A stretch of 64,000 nt of DNA from an uncultured Clostridia bacterium. GTDB taxonomy: Bacteria > Bacillota > Clostridia > Oscillospirales > QAMX01. Positions 28,665 to 39,285 of this stretch are shown here, piece by piece. The stretch spans positions 12,492-76,491 of the forward strand of contig CALWJF010000039.1 in the NCBI GenBank assembly GCA_944380935.1, read 5' to 3'. The translations under genes and the position numbers were made by a program. A model generated the notes under the pieces. That model did not search any database. It was not told the DNA's origin and saw only the letters and a list, made by a program, of their open reading frames with translations. The first letter of the stretch is position 1; every line of letters starts with the position of its first letter.

Positions 28665-29121
28665 ATCTTTTCCTCTTTAATTCATTTGAATCCAGCATAA
28701 TCGTTACCGGTCCGTCATCTTTTTGCGTTATATGCATGTGGGCGCCAAAAACACCGGTCTGTGTCTCGACTCCCTCCGTGCGGCAGCACGCAACAAAATA
28801 TTCATATAGTGCCTGTGCCTCTTGCGGCGGCATTGCAGCAAAAAAGCTGGGACGGCGGCCGCCTGTACAATCTGCCGCAAGCGTGAAGTTGGACACCACG
28901 AGTATTTCACCCCCAATTTGCAGCAAAGACCGATTCATCTTATCATTTTCATCTTCAAATACCCGCAGCTGTACAATTTTTTTCGCCAAAAGCGCTGCAT
29001 CCTCCGGCGTATCTTCACGCATAACGCCAAGCAAAACAAAAAAACCCTGCCTACAAGCGCCAGCTAACTCGCCGTCTACTTCAACCTCCGCTGAACGTAC
29101 TCTCTGTATTACTGCTTTCAT
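28654..29121 (-). CDS. dtd: D-aminoacyl-tRNA deacylase
   Basis: MKAVIQRV....V......G.I..G..VLLGV, SNFTL and GRRPSF motifs. Confidence 0.95.
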   Translation of the reverse strand: MKAVIQRVRSAEVEVDGELAGACRQGFFVLLGVMREDTPEDAALLAKKIVQLRVFEDENDKMNRSLLQIGGEILVVSNFTLAADCTGGRRPSFFAAMPPQEAQALYEYFVACCRTEGVETQTGVFGAHMHITQKDDGPVTIMLDSNELKRKRYGN

Positions 29122-29125
29122 TGTA

Positions 29126-31267
29126 TCACCGTATAATTCGCGTTACTTCATCGACGCCCTCAATTTTTTTCAATTTCACAACCAACTGCCCAAACTGCTC
29201 GGCATTACGCAGATTAACGGTCACATCGACTACCACATTAGATGCAACATCGTTTGCTTTCATGCTGGTAAGGCTGATATTCATTTCACTGATTAAGCGT
29301 GTAATATCCGCCAAAATACCCATGCGGTTGATGCCCGTAATCTGGATCGCCGCGCTATAGTATTCTTCCGTTTTTGTTGCCCACCGCACTTTGATAATTC
29401 GTTCCGAATTTTCCGGATTCTTCAAAATGTTGAGAATATTAGCACAATCCGCCCGATGAATGCTAACGCCCGCTCCTTTGGTTACATATCCCAAAATATG
29501 GTCGCCGGGAATCGGCGTACAACAATGGGCAAATTTAATCAGACAATTGTCAATTCCTTCCACAATAACGCCGGACGTTGGTTTTGTTTCTTTGATTGTC
29601 CGAGTCTGGTTGCGCTGGGCACGTTCCTGCCGGTTGTGTTCCTCAATCAGGTGATTGATCACTTTACGTACGCTCAATCCTCCGTATCCGAAGGCAGCAT
29701 ACATATCATCCATCGAATCAAATTTATAGCGCTTTAGTATCTGTGCTTCCCGCTCCCCATCGTCAAACATATGCGTTAACAAGTTGCGGCGCAATTCTGA
29801 TTCGAATTCTTCCCGTCCGCGCTGAATGTTTTCTTCCCGCTTTTCCTTTTTATACCACTGCTTGATTTTATTCCGCGCCTCTCCGGTTTTGGCTATTTTC
29901 AACCAGTCGCGGCTGGGTCCCCGAGAAGAATTGGAAGTCAGTACTTCGACAATATCCCCATTTTGCAACGGGCGGTTCAGCGGAATCATCTTTCCATTGA
30001 CACGTGCGCCGACCATCCGGTTGCCAATCGCGCTATGAATTGCATAGGCAAAGTCAATTGCCGTCGAACCCATTGGAAGATTCACCACATCACCCTTCGG
30101 CGTAAAGACAAAAACCTCATCGGCAAACAGTTCAATCCGCAAATCGGAAAGGAATTCCTCCCGATCATCGTTTTCCTGCTGGCTTTCCAAAAAACGCCGC
30201 ACCCAGGCAAACATTTCATCCTGGCTGTTCGTATGAATATTATCTTTATACTTCCAGTGTGCCGCGATCCCGTATTCCGCTGTATTATGCATATCCCAGG
30301 TACGAATCTGGACTTCAAACGGCATACCATCACGGCCGATTACCGTCGTATGCAAACTCTGGTACATATTGGGTTTTGGCGTATAAATGTAATCTTTAAA
30401 ACGGCCGGGCATCGGATGGTAAAGTTCATGCACCAGACCGAGGACATTATAGCACTGCGGTATCGTATCTGTGATTACACGCACCGCATAAATATCATAA
30501 ACTTGCTCAATATCCCGGTTATGCATATAGACCTTATTGTAAATGCCATAAATGTGCTTGACTCTGCCTTCTACGCAAGCCTCTATGCCATGCTCATGCA
30601 AATGGGATTTCAACCGCTCGATTATACTGTTGAGCAGGTTCTGGCGCTCTGTTACATTGCGGTGCAGATAATCGATAATATACTTATATCCAACCGGATC
30701 AAGGTACATAATGGAAAGATCTTCCAGTTCATCCTTAATTGCATTCATACCAAGCCGGTGCGCAATTGGGGCATAAATCTGCATGGACTCAAACGCCTTA
30801 ATCCTCTGTTTCTGCTCGGGCCGGTACATAAGCGTACGCATGTTATGCAACCGGTCGCAAAGTTTGATAATGATCACATGAATATCCTTGGCCATTGCCA
30901 GAAACATTTTACGGATATTCTCGCTTTCTTCTTCCTCTTGTGTGACATGGGGCATACGCGTCAGTTTGGTTACCCCTTCCACAAGATCTGCCACACGCAC
31001 ACCGAACGCCGTCTTGATCTGTTCATAACTTGTATCCGTATCTTCGATACAGTCATGTAGCAGACCGCCGATGATTGTATCAGGGTCGCTCGTATAATCC
31101 GTCAAAATTTCCGCTACTGCAAGCGGATGAATGATATATGGTTCGCCGGATGAGCGCAGCTGGCCGGCATGTGCCTGCTCCGCTGTTTCATAAGCTTGTC
31201 GAATGCGTTTTGCGTCCTCATCAGAACAGTTGATTTTTTTTATAATCGCTTCTATTTTTTCATTCAT
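29126..31267 (-). CDS. relA: bifunctional (p)ppGpp synthetase/hydrolase RelA/SpoT
   Basis: HD domain (HDCIEDT), synthetase domain (RFKDYIYTPKPNMYQSLHTTV), and TGS and ACT domains. ATG at 31267 with an AGGTG RBS. The track ORF extends to 31354. Confidence 0.95.
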   Translation of the reverse strand: MNEKIEAIIKKINCSDEDAKRIRQAYETAEQAHAGQLRSSGEPYIIHPLAVAEILTDYTSDPDTIIGGLLHDCIEDTDTSYEQIKTAFGVRVADLVEGVTKLTRMPHVTQEEEESENIRKMFLAMAKDIHVIIIKLCDRLHNMRTLMYRPEQKQRIKAFESMQIYAPIAHRLGMNAIKDELEDLSIMYLDPVGYKYIIDYLHRNVTERQNLLNSIIERLKSHLHEHGIEACVEGRVKHIYGIYNKVYMHNRDIEQVYDIYAVRVITDTIPQCYNVLGLVHELYHPMPGRFKDYIYTPKPNMYQSLHTTVIGRDGMPFEVQIRTWDMHNTAEYGIAAHWKYKDNIHTNSQDEMFAWVRRFLESQQENDDREEFLSDLRIELFADEVFVFTPKGDVVNLPMGSTAIDFAYAIHSAIGNRMVGARVNGKMIPLNRPLQNGDIVEVLTSNSSRGPSRDWLKIAKTGEARNKIKQWYKKEKREENIQRGREEFESELRRNLLTHMFDDGEREAQILKRYKFDSMDDMYAAFGYGGLSVRKVINHLIEEHNRQERAQRNQTRTIKETKPTSGVIVEGIDNCLIKFAHCCTPIPGDHILGYVTKGAGVSIHRADCANILNILKNPENSERIIKVRWATKTEEYYSAAIQITGINRMGILADITRLISEMNISLTSMKANDVASNVVVDVTVNLRNAEQFGQLVVKLKKIEGVDEVTRIIR

Positions 31268-31462
31268 AATTGCACCTATATATGACTGAATTCCGCCTGC
31301 TTCAAAATCATAATTTCTAGCAGCGGAAAGCTCCAACCAATTGATCCCTATCACACAGGACTTCCTATGGATACATTAATTCTGATTCTATTATATCCAT
31401 GCTTGCATACTATCGTCCCCATTGTTTTATATCCTTATTTAACTGAGTTTCAAGAAAACCAA

Positions 31463-31508
31463 GATAAAAAGAATGATGAAAAGCCGAAGCTTTACGACTT
31501 TTCATCAT
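31463..31508 (-). terminator. terminator of recJ
   Basis: ATGATGAAAAG (31473-31483) pairs with CTTTTCATCAT (31498-31508). TCTTTTTAT follows on the minus strand. Confidence 0.7.
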
Positions 31509-31535
31509 TATACTACAAATATAAGCATTTTTCAA

Positions 31536-33575
31536 TCATACAAGTCCTGCACAACGCTTCAACCGGCAGATCAACTTCGACTGTCCCATATCCCGACGCG
31601 CATGTCCTGGAACCATCTCTACACGCATAACCAAGCCATCATAGGAAAATTTTACAAATCCAAGTTCCGCAAATGCTGCAACACAAATCAACAGCTTTCC
31701 AGCGTTCATTTTAATACCGTTTTCTGTTTTGATCCGCAGTGCAACATCTTCCGGCGGGCGTTTAAACTTTCCTTCCACCATCTTAGATACAATATATTTC
31801 CAGACAAATACCTGCTCGCTTCTACACGGATAAAGATAAGCTGCCTGCGGCCCGGTAAGCTGAGCCCCGGATATACATTTTTGGTATAAACTGATATCCC
31901 GTGCGTTAATCCGCTCAGAAGTCCGGGAAAGCCGAATATCCTTTAAAATAAATTGCACATTTTGACCTCGGAACGTGTTAATATCTGCATTAAACACAAT
32001 ATCCACATAGCTGCCCTTTACAAATGGCGCATCATATACCGTCGCGCAAAACTGAACTGCATCGAAACGCTGGTCGCGCGCTGCCAGCGTCAGCCGCATA
32101 TGGCGCTCATTCCCAATCGGGACCACGCAAGCCACCCGCAAATCCCGCAGACAAAATACAGGCTGTGGGTTCGCCATCCCAAAAGGCTCCAATGCCGATA
32201 AAGATGCAATAGATGCAACAGAAAAATCCTCCGGCTCCGCTTCACAGTCCACATACAACGTCGGAATACAGGCGTCAGGATGCAGCTCACGTTTCGCATA
32301 GATAAGAAATGCGTTCCGAAATGCCTCAAGATTCTCTTTCTTCAACGTTAACCCGGTTGCCAGCTCATGACCTCCGTATTGCGTCAAATATTCACTGGTC
32401 GCACTTAATGCCGCAAATAAATTAAATCCCTCGATACTACGCCCAGATCCTCGAGCTTCATCCCCATCAACACAAATCAAAATCACAGGTTTACCAAGCT
32501 GATCAGCCAGCTTGGAGCTAACCACTCCGATTACACCATGATGCCAATTCTCATCCCATAACACCACTGCGCTGTCGTTATCCATATCGCATTCCACTGC
32601 GATTTTTGCAAGTGCGGAGTCGCGGATACTGTTTTCCATCTCCTGTCGCTGCCGATTCATTGCACACAGCTCATCAGCAAGCCGATCGGCTTCGCTTTGG
32701 ATCTCTGTCAAAAACAGCTCAACGGATTTATATGCACATCCAAACCGTCCTGCTGCATTAATGCGCGGGGCCAATACATAACTGACCGTGATCGCACTGG
32801 CGCGCTTGGATTCATCAACACCGGATTTCTGCGCCAAAGCAAGGTATCCAAGCGGTGGGTTTTCCGCTAAACGTTCCAACCCAAGGCCGGCAATAATCCG
32901 GTTTTCATCGACCAGCGGCATTAAATCTGCAATCGTCCCAAGCCCGGCCAGCGCAGCATAAAGCACAATGGCTATATCCTGCTTCTCCGGCCCAAGCAGC
33001 GCGCACACCAGCTTGAACGCTACCCCAACTCCCGCCAGCTCTTTGAATGGATACGCGCTGTCGAATCGTTTTGGATTCACAACCGCTTCCGCATCCGGCA
33101 ATTGTTCCCGACATTCGTGATGATCCGTAATTACGATCTTCATCCCTAAACGATGTGCGAATTCCACTTCTTCATAGGCCGTTATTCCTGTATCCACAGT
33201 AATCACAAGTTTTACACCCTGCGCTGCCAACTTCTCCAATGCAGGACAACTAACGCCATATCCTTCATTAAGACGATCCGGTATATAATACGTACATTCG
33301 AGATCTACAGAGCGGAAATATTTGAGCATCACACAAGTTGAAGTTACTCCATCAACGTCATAATCCCCAAAAATCGCAATCTTTTCTCTCTTTGCAATAC
33401 TCTCCCGTATCGTTTTTACCGCTTTTTCCATATCCGGCAGCAGAAAAGGATCATACAGATTTTGCGCATCGCAATCCAACCATTGTTCCGCAGAGGGGCC
33501 GTCAAAAGCACCGCGCGCCGCCAATACTCTTGACGCAAGTCGAGACAGTTCCGTCTCTTTTTCAATTCGCCGCAC
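31536..33575 (-). CDS. recJ: single-stranded-DNA-specific exonuclease RecJ
   Basis: DHH motifs (IFGDYDVDGVTS, ITVDTGI, VITDHH) and a DHHA1 domain (GGHELATG). Confidence 0.9.
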   Translation of the reverse strand: MRRIEKETELSRLASRVLAARGAFDGPSAEQWLDCDAQNLYDPFLLPDMEKAVKTIRESIAKREKIAIFGDYDVDGVTSTCVMLKYFRSVDLECTYYIPDRLNEGYGVSCPALEKLAAQGVKLVITVDTGITAYEEVEFAHRLGMKIVITDHHECREQLPDAEAVVNPKRFDSAYPFKELAGVGVAFKLVCALLGPEKQDIAIVLYAALAGLGTIADLMPLVDENRIIAGLGLERLAENPPLGYLALAQKSGVDESKRASAITVSYVLAPRINAAGRFGCAYKSVELFLTEIQSEADRLADELCAMNRQRQEMENSIRDSALAKIAVECDMDNDSAVVLWDENWHHGVIGVVSSKLADQLGKPVILICVDGDEARGSGRSIEGFNLFAALSATSEYLTQYGGHELATGLTLKKENLEAFRNAFLIYAKRELHPDACIPTLYVDCEAEPEDFSVASIASLSALEPFGMANPQPVFCLRDLRVACVVPIGNERHMRLTLAARDQRFDAVQFCATVYDAPFVKGSYVDIVFNADINTFRGQNVQFILKDIRLSRTSERINARDISLYQKCISGAQLTGPQAAYLYPCRSEQVFVWKYIVSKMVEGKFKRPPEDVALRIKTENGIKMNAGKLLICVAAFAELGFVKFSYDGLVMRVEMVPGHARRDMGQSKLICRLKRCAGLV

Positions 33576-33780
33576 ACGCTCTTTTGAATACTGTTCTGAA
33601 AATATCCAACTTTTTTTCAGCTTGCTCGCCCCCTTTCTTCTTCAACAGATTTATGTAAACCTACAATTTGTTAATTAAATTATAACAAAAAGTAACAAAT
33701 ATTTCAAGGCTTTTTGTTACGTTATTTTTAAGTTATGCTTATTTTATTCTCTTTGTTTTTTATTCCCGGCATAGTTGCGC

Positions 33781-33809
33781 TTGATAAAATGCCGGCCTTG
33801 TGATATAAT
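33781..33809 (+). promoter_or_regulatory. sigma-A-type promoter for xylB
   Basis: TTGATA (33781-33786), 17-nt spacer, TATAAT (33804-33809). Lies 55 nt upstream of the GTG start. Confidence 0.55.
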
Positions 33810-33864
33810 CTTATTAATCTGATCCGCACACTGTAATTTACGATCAATTATAGGAGGATTTTTT

Positions 33865-35388
33865 GTGGCATATTTAATTGGTATTGATATTGGTACTTCC
33901 GGCACCAAAACCGTCTTGTTTGACGAAGCCGGTACAACAATTGCTTCCGCATTGCGCGAATATCCTATGGCACAACCTGCTAACGGTTGGGCAGAACAAG
34001 ATCCGGAGTTATGGTGGAATGCCGTTTGTGAAACGCTGAAGCAGGTTACGGCAGGCATTGACGCTTCCGAGATCAAGGGGGTCGGCCTATCTGGACAGAT
34101 GCATGGTTCCGTACTGTTGGACAAAAATGGACGTGTTCTTCGTCCTGCAATCCTCTGGTGTGACCAGCGTACCGTTGCAGAATGTGAGGAAATCACCTCC
34201 ATTATTGGTGCGCAGCACCTCATTGAGCTGACCGCCAACCCTGCGCTTGTTGGATTTACCGCACCGAAAGTCCGTTGGGTATACAACCATGAACCCGAAA
34301 TTTATGAAAAAATTGACAAAATTCTTCTGCCGAAAGACTATATCCGTTATAAGCTGTCCGGTGAATTTGCAACCGAAGTTTCGGACGCTTCCGGTATGCT
34401 TTATCTTGATGTCGCGCACCGTTGCTGGTGCGATGAACTCCTTTCCAAACTTGATGTGGACAAGAACTGGCTGGCGCCTGTTTACGAGTCCCCGGTCATC
34501 AGTTCCGTCGTCAATTCCGAAGCTGCTGCACTGACCGGATTGAAGGCAGGCACGCCGATTGCCGGCGGTGCAGGCGATCAGGCTGCCGGTGCAGTCGGCA
34601 ACGGTATTGTCCGTGAAGGCGTTGTGTCCGCAACCATCGGTACATCCGGCACAATTTTTGCACACACCGATACAGTAAAAGTCCATCCATCCGGCGTAAT
34701 CCAGAGCTTCTGCCACGCAGTACCGGGTGCATGGCATTTGATGGGTTGTACGCAGGGCGCCGGAATGTCCCTGCAGTGGTACCGCAACAACTTCTGCGGC
34801 CCTGAAATGGACACTGCACGTGTCATGGGCGTAGACCCCTATTATCTGATGGACCAGGCGGCAGCAAAGGTGCAGGCTGGCTGCGAAGGCCTGATTTACC
34901 TGCCGTATCCTATCGGCGAACGTACGCCGCACTGCGACGCCGATGCCAGAGGCGTATTCTTCGGTATCAATCCGCAGCATACGCGTGCCCATTTTACCCG
35001 TGCAATCCTCGAAGGCGTTGCATTCTCGCTGCGCGACAGTTTGGAAATCCTGCGCGATTTCGGTATTTCCACCAGTGAAGTCCGCGCTACCGGCGGCGGC
35101 GGAAAGAGCAAAATCTGGCGTAAAATCCAGGCTGACGTCTACAACGCTCCGATTACAACCGTGCAGTCCTCTGAAGGCGGTGCACTGGGTGTCGCAATTC
35201 TCGCGGCAGTCGGCACCGGGCTGTATTCGAGCGTACCGGAAGCATGCGACGCGATTATCCGCACCAATGAACCGCTGATGCCGGACGCAGAGCAGGCGAA
35301 GATTTACGATGGCTATTTCCGTCTGTACGACCGCCTTTATCAGGCACTCAAGCCGGAATATAAAGAATTATCCAAGCTTTACTATTAA
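33865..35388 (+). CDS. xylB: xylulokinase (FGGY family)
   Basis: GTG start with a GGAGG RBS. YLIGIDIGTSGTKTVLFD, GLSGQMHG and the FGGY_C motifs (GGGAKS-like GGGGKS). Confidence 0.85.
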   Translation: MAYLIGIDIGTSGTKTVLFDEAGTTIASALREYPMAQPANGWAEQDPELWWNAVCETLKQVTAGIDASEIKGVGLSGQMHGSVLLDKNGRVLRPAILWCDQRTVAECEEITSIIGAQHLIELTANPALVGFTAPKVRWVYNHEPEIYEKIDKILLPKDYIRYKLSGEFATEVSDASGMLYLDVAHRCWCDELLSKLDVDKNWLAPVYESPVISSVVNSEAAALTGLKAGTPIAGGAGDQAAGAVGNGIVREGVVSATIGTSGTIFAHTDTVKVHPSGVIQSFCHAVPGAWHLMGCTQGAGMSLQWYRNNFCGPEMDTARVMGVDPYYLMDQAAAKVQAGCEGLIYLPYPIGERTPHCDADARGVFFGINPQHTRAHFTRAILEGVAFSLRDSLEILRDFGISTSEVRATGGGGKSKIWRKIQADVYNAPITTVQSSEGGALGVAILAAVGTGLYSSVPEACDAIIRTNEPLMPDAEQAKIYDGYFRLYDRLYQALKPEYKELSKLYY

Positions 35389-35466
35389 AATTTAGAGAGA
35401 TCTGATTCAAAACAAAAATCCTGCTTTTAAATCAGTTTTTCTGCTTCAATTTAATATACTACATAA

Positions 35467-35500
35467 AATCACCCCGGAATTTCCAGATTCCGGGGTGATT
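35467..35500. terminator. bidirectional terminator
   Basis: AATCACCCCGGAAT / ATTCCGGGGTGATT perfect 14-bp stem between convergent genes. Confidence 0.8.
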
Positions 35501-35504
35501 TGTA

Positions 35505-37376
35505 TTATTCTCCGTTTTTGCGATAGTACTGCGCTTGTGCATTCCACAACTCGGCATATTCTCCCGGCTGTGCGACGAGTTCCTCATGCGTGCCGCGCTG
35601 AACAATAGCGCCTTCTTCAAACACAGCAATCGTATCGCAGAAACGGCAGGAAGAAAGCCTATGCGAAATATAAATTGCGGTTTTATCTCCGACCAACTCA
35701 TTAAATTTCGTATAAACCTCACTTTCTGCAATCGGATCCAATGCAGCGGTAGGTTCGTCCAGAATGATAAACGGCGCATCCTTATAAAGTGCACGTGCCA
35801 ACGCAATTTTTTGCGCTTCCCCACCAGATATTTCTACACCTTTTTCATCAAACTCACGATAAAGGTATGTATCCAACCCTTTTTCAAGTGCATCCAACCG
35901 CTCACCAAATCCTGCCTGCCGCAGGCAGGATTCCGCTCGCATACGATTATATTTACTTTTTGCAGCAACATTTTCACCTAGCCCAAAGGCCAAAAGCTTG
36001 AAATCCTGGAATACGATAGAAAAAATGGACATATACTCCGCATAATCATACTTGCGGATATTGATCCCATTCAGCAAAATTTCTCCCTCCGTCGGATCAT
36101 ACAGACGGCACAATAGTTTGACAAAAGTTGTTTTCCCGCTCCCGTTCCGGCCTACAATAGCCAGTCGTTCCCCAACACGGAATTTCATGGAAGCATGACG
36201 TAAGGCATAAACTTCACTTCCCGGGTACCGAAACGATACATCGCGAAACTCAATTTCATATTTACAGTCAGAACGTTTTTCTACCGTCAAGCTGCCCTGG
36301 TACATTTCATGCGGGATATCCAAAAAATCAAAAGTTGTGCGCAGGAAAGCCGCGTTTCCGCGTAGATCGCCGACAAGATTGAAAAGCTGTCCGATGCTTC
36401 CCGACAACTTGGTAAACGCGCCGATATACTGTGTTACAGACCCAACGGCAAATGCCCCAGCCCAGGCCTTTATGCAGGTAAACAAATAAATCGCCCCGGT
36501 AAATGCAACCGACGTCATTACACCAACTGCACACAACATTCCCATTGGACCTTTCGCTTTACGCGCGATGAAAGATCCCGGGGTAAAACTTTTATTCCGT
36601 CTTACATAACTGCGGCACACCTGCTCCTGATCATACATGCGCAAATCCATAGCACGATGGCGATCCATCGATAAACCTCCAAAGAAAGAGAAAAAGCGAT
36701 TCCCAAACTTGGCCTGCTGCGCATACTGGATCCAATATACCGAAGCCCGATTGTTGCAGCAGGCACTCAAAAATATTGCCGCGAGCATCATGCCCAGCAT
36801 AAGAATCGCAAAGAACGGATGATTTAAAAACGCAAAGCTATTTTGTACCGGGATTCTCGCTGTAAACAAACTAATCGTTAACGCCACTGCACCGCAAGCG
36901 GAAAAAACAGACTGAAGGATTGAATTGAAAAAATCCCGGATCCGAGGGAATCCCCATCCTGCCCAATTTGCATTTTGCCGAATCTGTGAAAAATCTTCCT
37001 GCGTTTTGGAAGAAACAACACACGAAAAATCCATTTCTATCATCTTTTGCGCATATATCGAATTGATATCTTCCCGAGCTACGTTATATTCATAAGTTTG
37101 CCAACGCTGCAATACCGCTTCCAGGAATGCCAGAACAGCCGCTGAACACAATGCCGCTAAAACCCAGGTTTGCAACCGTTCTACATTTCGAGTTCCAGCA
37201 AGTTCATTGATCAGCTGAGCAGATAAGTAAATCCCAACATAAGGTGAAAGTGCATGTAAACTTTGGTATAGCCCACCACTTAAAAACAACCTTGGATACT
37301 TATGATATAAAATTTTAAATGCCCGATTGTTCAAGTGCATAACTTCCCGCAATGAAGCCTTTTTAGAGTTCGCCAT
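35505..37376 (-). CDS. ABC exporter, fused permease/ATPase (heterodimer partner 2)
   Basis: 6-TM domain plus an NBD (GRNGSGKTT, SGGEAQKIALARAL, FIILDEPTAALD). The ATG at 37376 has a GGAGGG RBS and overlaps the upstream stop by 14 nt. Confidence 0.9.
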   Translation of the reverse strand: MANSKKASLREVMHLNNRAFKILYHKYPRLFLSGGLYQSLHALSPYVGIYLSAQLINELAGTRNVERLQTWVLAALCSAAVLAFLEAVLQRWQTYEYNVAREDINSIYAQKMIEMDFSCVVSSKTQEDFSQIRQNANWAGWGFPRIRDFFNSILQSVFSACGAVALTISLFTARIPVQNSFAFLNHPFFAILMLGMMLAAIFLSACCNNRASVYWIQYAQQAKFGNRFFSFFGGLSMDRHRAMDLRMYDQEQVCRSYVRRNKSFTPGSFIARKAKGPMGMLCAVGVMTSVAFTGAIYLFTCIKAWAGAFAVGSVTQYIGAFTKLSGSIGQLFNLVGDLRGNAAFLRTTFDFLDIPHEMYQGSLTVEKRSDCKYEIEFRDVSFRYPGSEVYALRHASMKFRVGERLAIVGRNGSGKTTFVKLLCRLYDPTEGEILLNGINIRKYDYAEYMSIFSIVFQDFKLLAFGLGENVAAKSKYNRMRAESCLRQAGFGERLDALEKGLDTYLYREFDEKGVEISGGEAQKIALARALYKDAPFIILDEPTAALDPIAESEVYTKFNELVGDKTAIYISHRLSSCRFCDTIAVFEEGAIVQRGTHEELVAQPGEYAELWNAQAQYYRKNGE

Positions 37377-39198
37377 TTTCCATCCCTCCTTCCTGATAAT
37401 ACCGGCTTTGTATAGCAAAAAGTTCGGCGTAATGTCCGCCCTTTTGCAGGAGCTGTTCATGACTGCCCTGTTCTGCAATTACGCCATTCTCAATAAAAAG
37501 AATCCGATCGCAGAATCGTGTCGAGGCCAGACGGTGTGAAATAAACACCGAAGTCCGTCCCAAAGTAAAATCATTATATTTTTGATACAGTTCGCTTTCT
37601 GCAATGGGATCCAAAGCGGCTGTAGGTTCGTCTAACAGGATTAACGGCGCATTTTTATAAAGTGCGCGTGCCAACATCAAACGCTGTATTTCACCACCGG
37701 AAAGTTCGATCCCATCTTCATATACTTCACGACCAATATGGGTATTTAGACCCTGTGGCAAACGCGTTACCATTTGTGCAAGGCCGGCTTTTTCAAGACA
37801 TGCCTGAACACGATCCCAATCAACTTCGTCCGCACTTTGTGCCACATTCTCAGCAAGCGTAGAAGAAAGAATGGAAAACTGCTGGAATACGGCAGAAAAA
37901 TGCCGATAATAATCCCGTCGGTCATAACGGCGGATATCTACGCCATTGAGCAGTACTTCTCCCTGTGTCGGATCATAAAGGCCGCAAATTAATTTGACAA
38001 GCGTCGTTTTTCCTGCGCCATTGAGACCAACAACTGCCAGTTTTTCTCCCGGCCGAATGGTTAAACAAATGTCCTGCAATGTATCCGATTCGGCGCCGGG
38101 ATAACGGAAACTTACATGGCGAAGCTGGATTTCATAAGCCTTATCCAGCACAGGCTCCAATTTTTCCCCTTCTTCAAAGCGGAACTGTTCCGGTAATTCA
38201 TAAAATTCCCGTACTACCGATAAGTCTATGCTTTGTTTATGCAGACGCGAAAAATCATCTAAAAGTCCCGTAATCCAGTTTGCAAATCCTCCAATTGCTG
38301 AAAAGTACAATAAAAATGTGGAAGCAGGCAACCCCTCACGTAATGTCAGGTCCAGCAGATATAAATAAGAAAGCCCGCTGCGCAAAAATGTCATAAAAAT
38401 ATGAATGATATCCGTCCAGATATATATGCATTGTGCGCGTGCATGAAATTTCCGATACATCTTTACAACGCTGGTATAGACATCATCCAGCCAGGGTGCT
38501 ATGCAAAAAATACGAATATCTTTTGCAAATTGAAGATCTTCTTTTCTGCTTTGAATATAAGCAATCTTTTTTTGGTATCTGCTTTCTTCCTCCCGATGCC
38601 GGTAACCCCATTCATTAAGCCGTTTGCTGGTAAAATAGGAAACCAATGCGGCGAGAGTAGTCACCACCAGCAAAACCGGATCGACCGTTGATAACAGCAT
38701 AAGATATAAAAGAAATCCCAAAAAATTTTTACCAAGATCCGTCAATGTCTCCCAAATTGCCTCGCCCGCCGCACGGTTGTTGGACAGCGCACGGGACGCA
38801 CTTTCTGCGTGCTTTAAAATTTCAGGATTCTCTGTATTGGGGAAACTCGTAGACGCAAACTTTTCATCAGCGCGGCGAACCAGCAATAGGCGTAGATAAA
38901 CACGGCCAAACAAAGTATTCTCATTAATATAGGCTTGTACGCCACGTACAAGCAGCAAAGAAAACACAAAAACCGCTATAACTTCAAACAATTGTACAAG
39001 CGGTGCCGACATTTCCACTTTTTGCAGAATCATTGGAGCAAGAAACAGTTCTATGAGATTCAATATAACAGCCAACAGCGCGCTTACTATACACAAGATC
39101 AGCACACTCTTATGCTGCTTCCAGGCTAATGCCATCATAAATACTGCGTTTTTCCACATCGTATATTTGGGTTTATTCCGCTGTTTCGCCTTTTCCAT
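37363..39198 (-). CDS. ABC exporter, fused permease/ATPase (heterodimer partner 1)
   Basis: 6-TM domain plus an NBD (GLNGAGKTT, SGGEIQRLMLARAL, LILLDEPTAALD). GAGGTG RBS before the ATG at 39198. Confidence 0.9.
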   Translation of the reverse strand: MEKAKQRNKPKYTMWKNAVFMMALAWKQHKSVLILCIVSALLAVILNLIELFLAPMILQKVEMSAPLVQLFEVIAVFVFSLLLVRGVQAYINENTLFGRVYLRLLLVRRADEKFASTSFPNTENPEILKHAESASRALSNNRAAGEAIWETLTDLGKNFLGFLLYLMLLSTVDPVLLVVTTLAALVSYFTSKRLNEWGYRHREEESRYQKKIAYIQSRKEDLQFAKDIRIFCIAPWLDDVYTSVVKMYRKFHARAQCIYIWTDIIHIFMTFLRSGLSYLYLLDLTLREGLPASTFLLYFSAIGGFANWITGLLDDFSRLHKQSIDLSVVREFYELPEQFRFEEGEKLEPVLDKAYEIQLRHVSFRYPGAESDTLQDICLTIRPGEKLAVVGLNGAGKTTLVKLICGLYDPTQGEVLLNGVDIRRYDRRDYYRHFSAVFQQFSILSSTLAENVAQSADEVDWDRVQACLEKAGLAQMVTRLPQGLNTHIGREVYEDGIELSGGEIQRLMLARALYKNAPLILLDEPTAALDPIAESELYQKYNDFTLGRTSVFISHRLASTRFCDRILFIENGVIAEQGSHEQLLQKGGHYAELFAIQSRYYQEGGMENGEL

Positions 39199-39231
39199 TT
39201 GCATCACCTCATGTATACCATAACACAAAAA

Positions 39232-39256
39232 ATCCCCGGCAGACGCTGTCGGGGAT
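39232..39256 (-). terminator. hairpin + T6 between the kinase gene and the ABC genes (terminator or attenuator)
   Basis: On the minus strand: ATCCCCGACAG-cgt-CTGCCGGGGAT followed by TTTTTT. Confidence 0.65.
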
Positions 39257-39285
39257 AAACTGTATAATCCGGGGGATGAATGGTT

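Noticed and set aside
29963-31060. 365-aa plus-strand ORF antisense to relA.
   Set aside because: It has no recognisable motifs and no RBS, and it is fully contained within the strongly supported relA gene on the opposite strand.
31367-31630. 87-aa plus-strand ORF in the recJ-relA spacer. In B. subtilis, apt occupies the equivalent position.
   Set aside because: It has no similarity to Apt or any motif, it overlaps the recJ 3' end and terminator, and it has no RBS. The spacer more plausibly holds the recJ terminator and the relA promoter.
33744-34992. Minus-strand ORFs of 180 aa and 301 aa overlapping xylB.
   Set aside because: xylB on the plus strand has FGGY motifs, a GGAGG RBS and a consensus promoter. 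The antisense ORFs have no family features.
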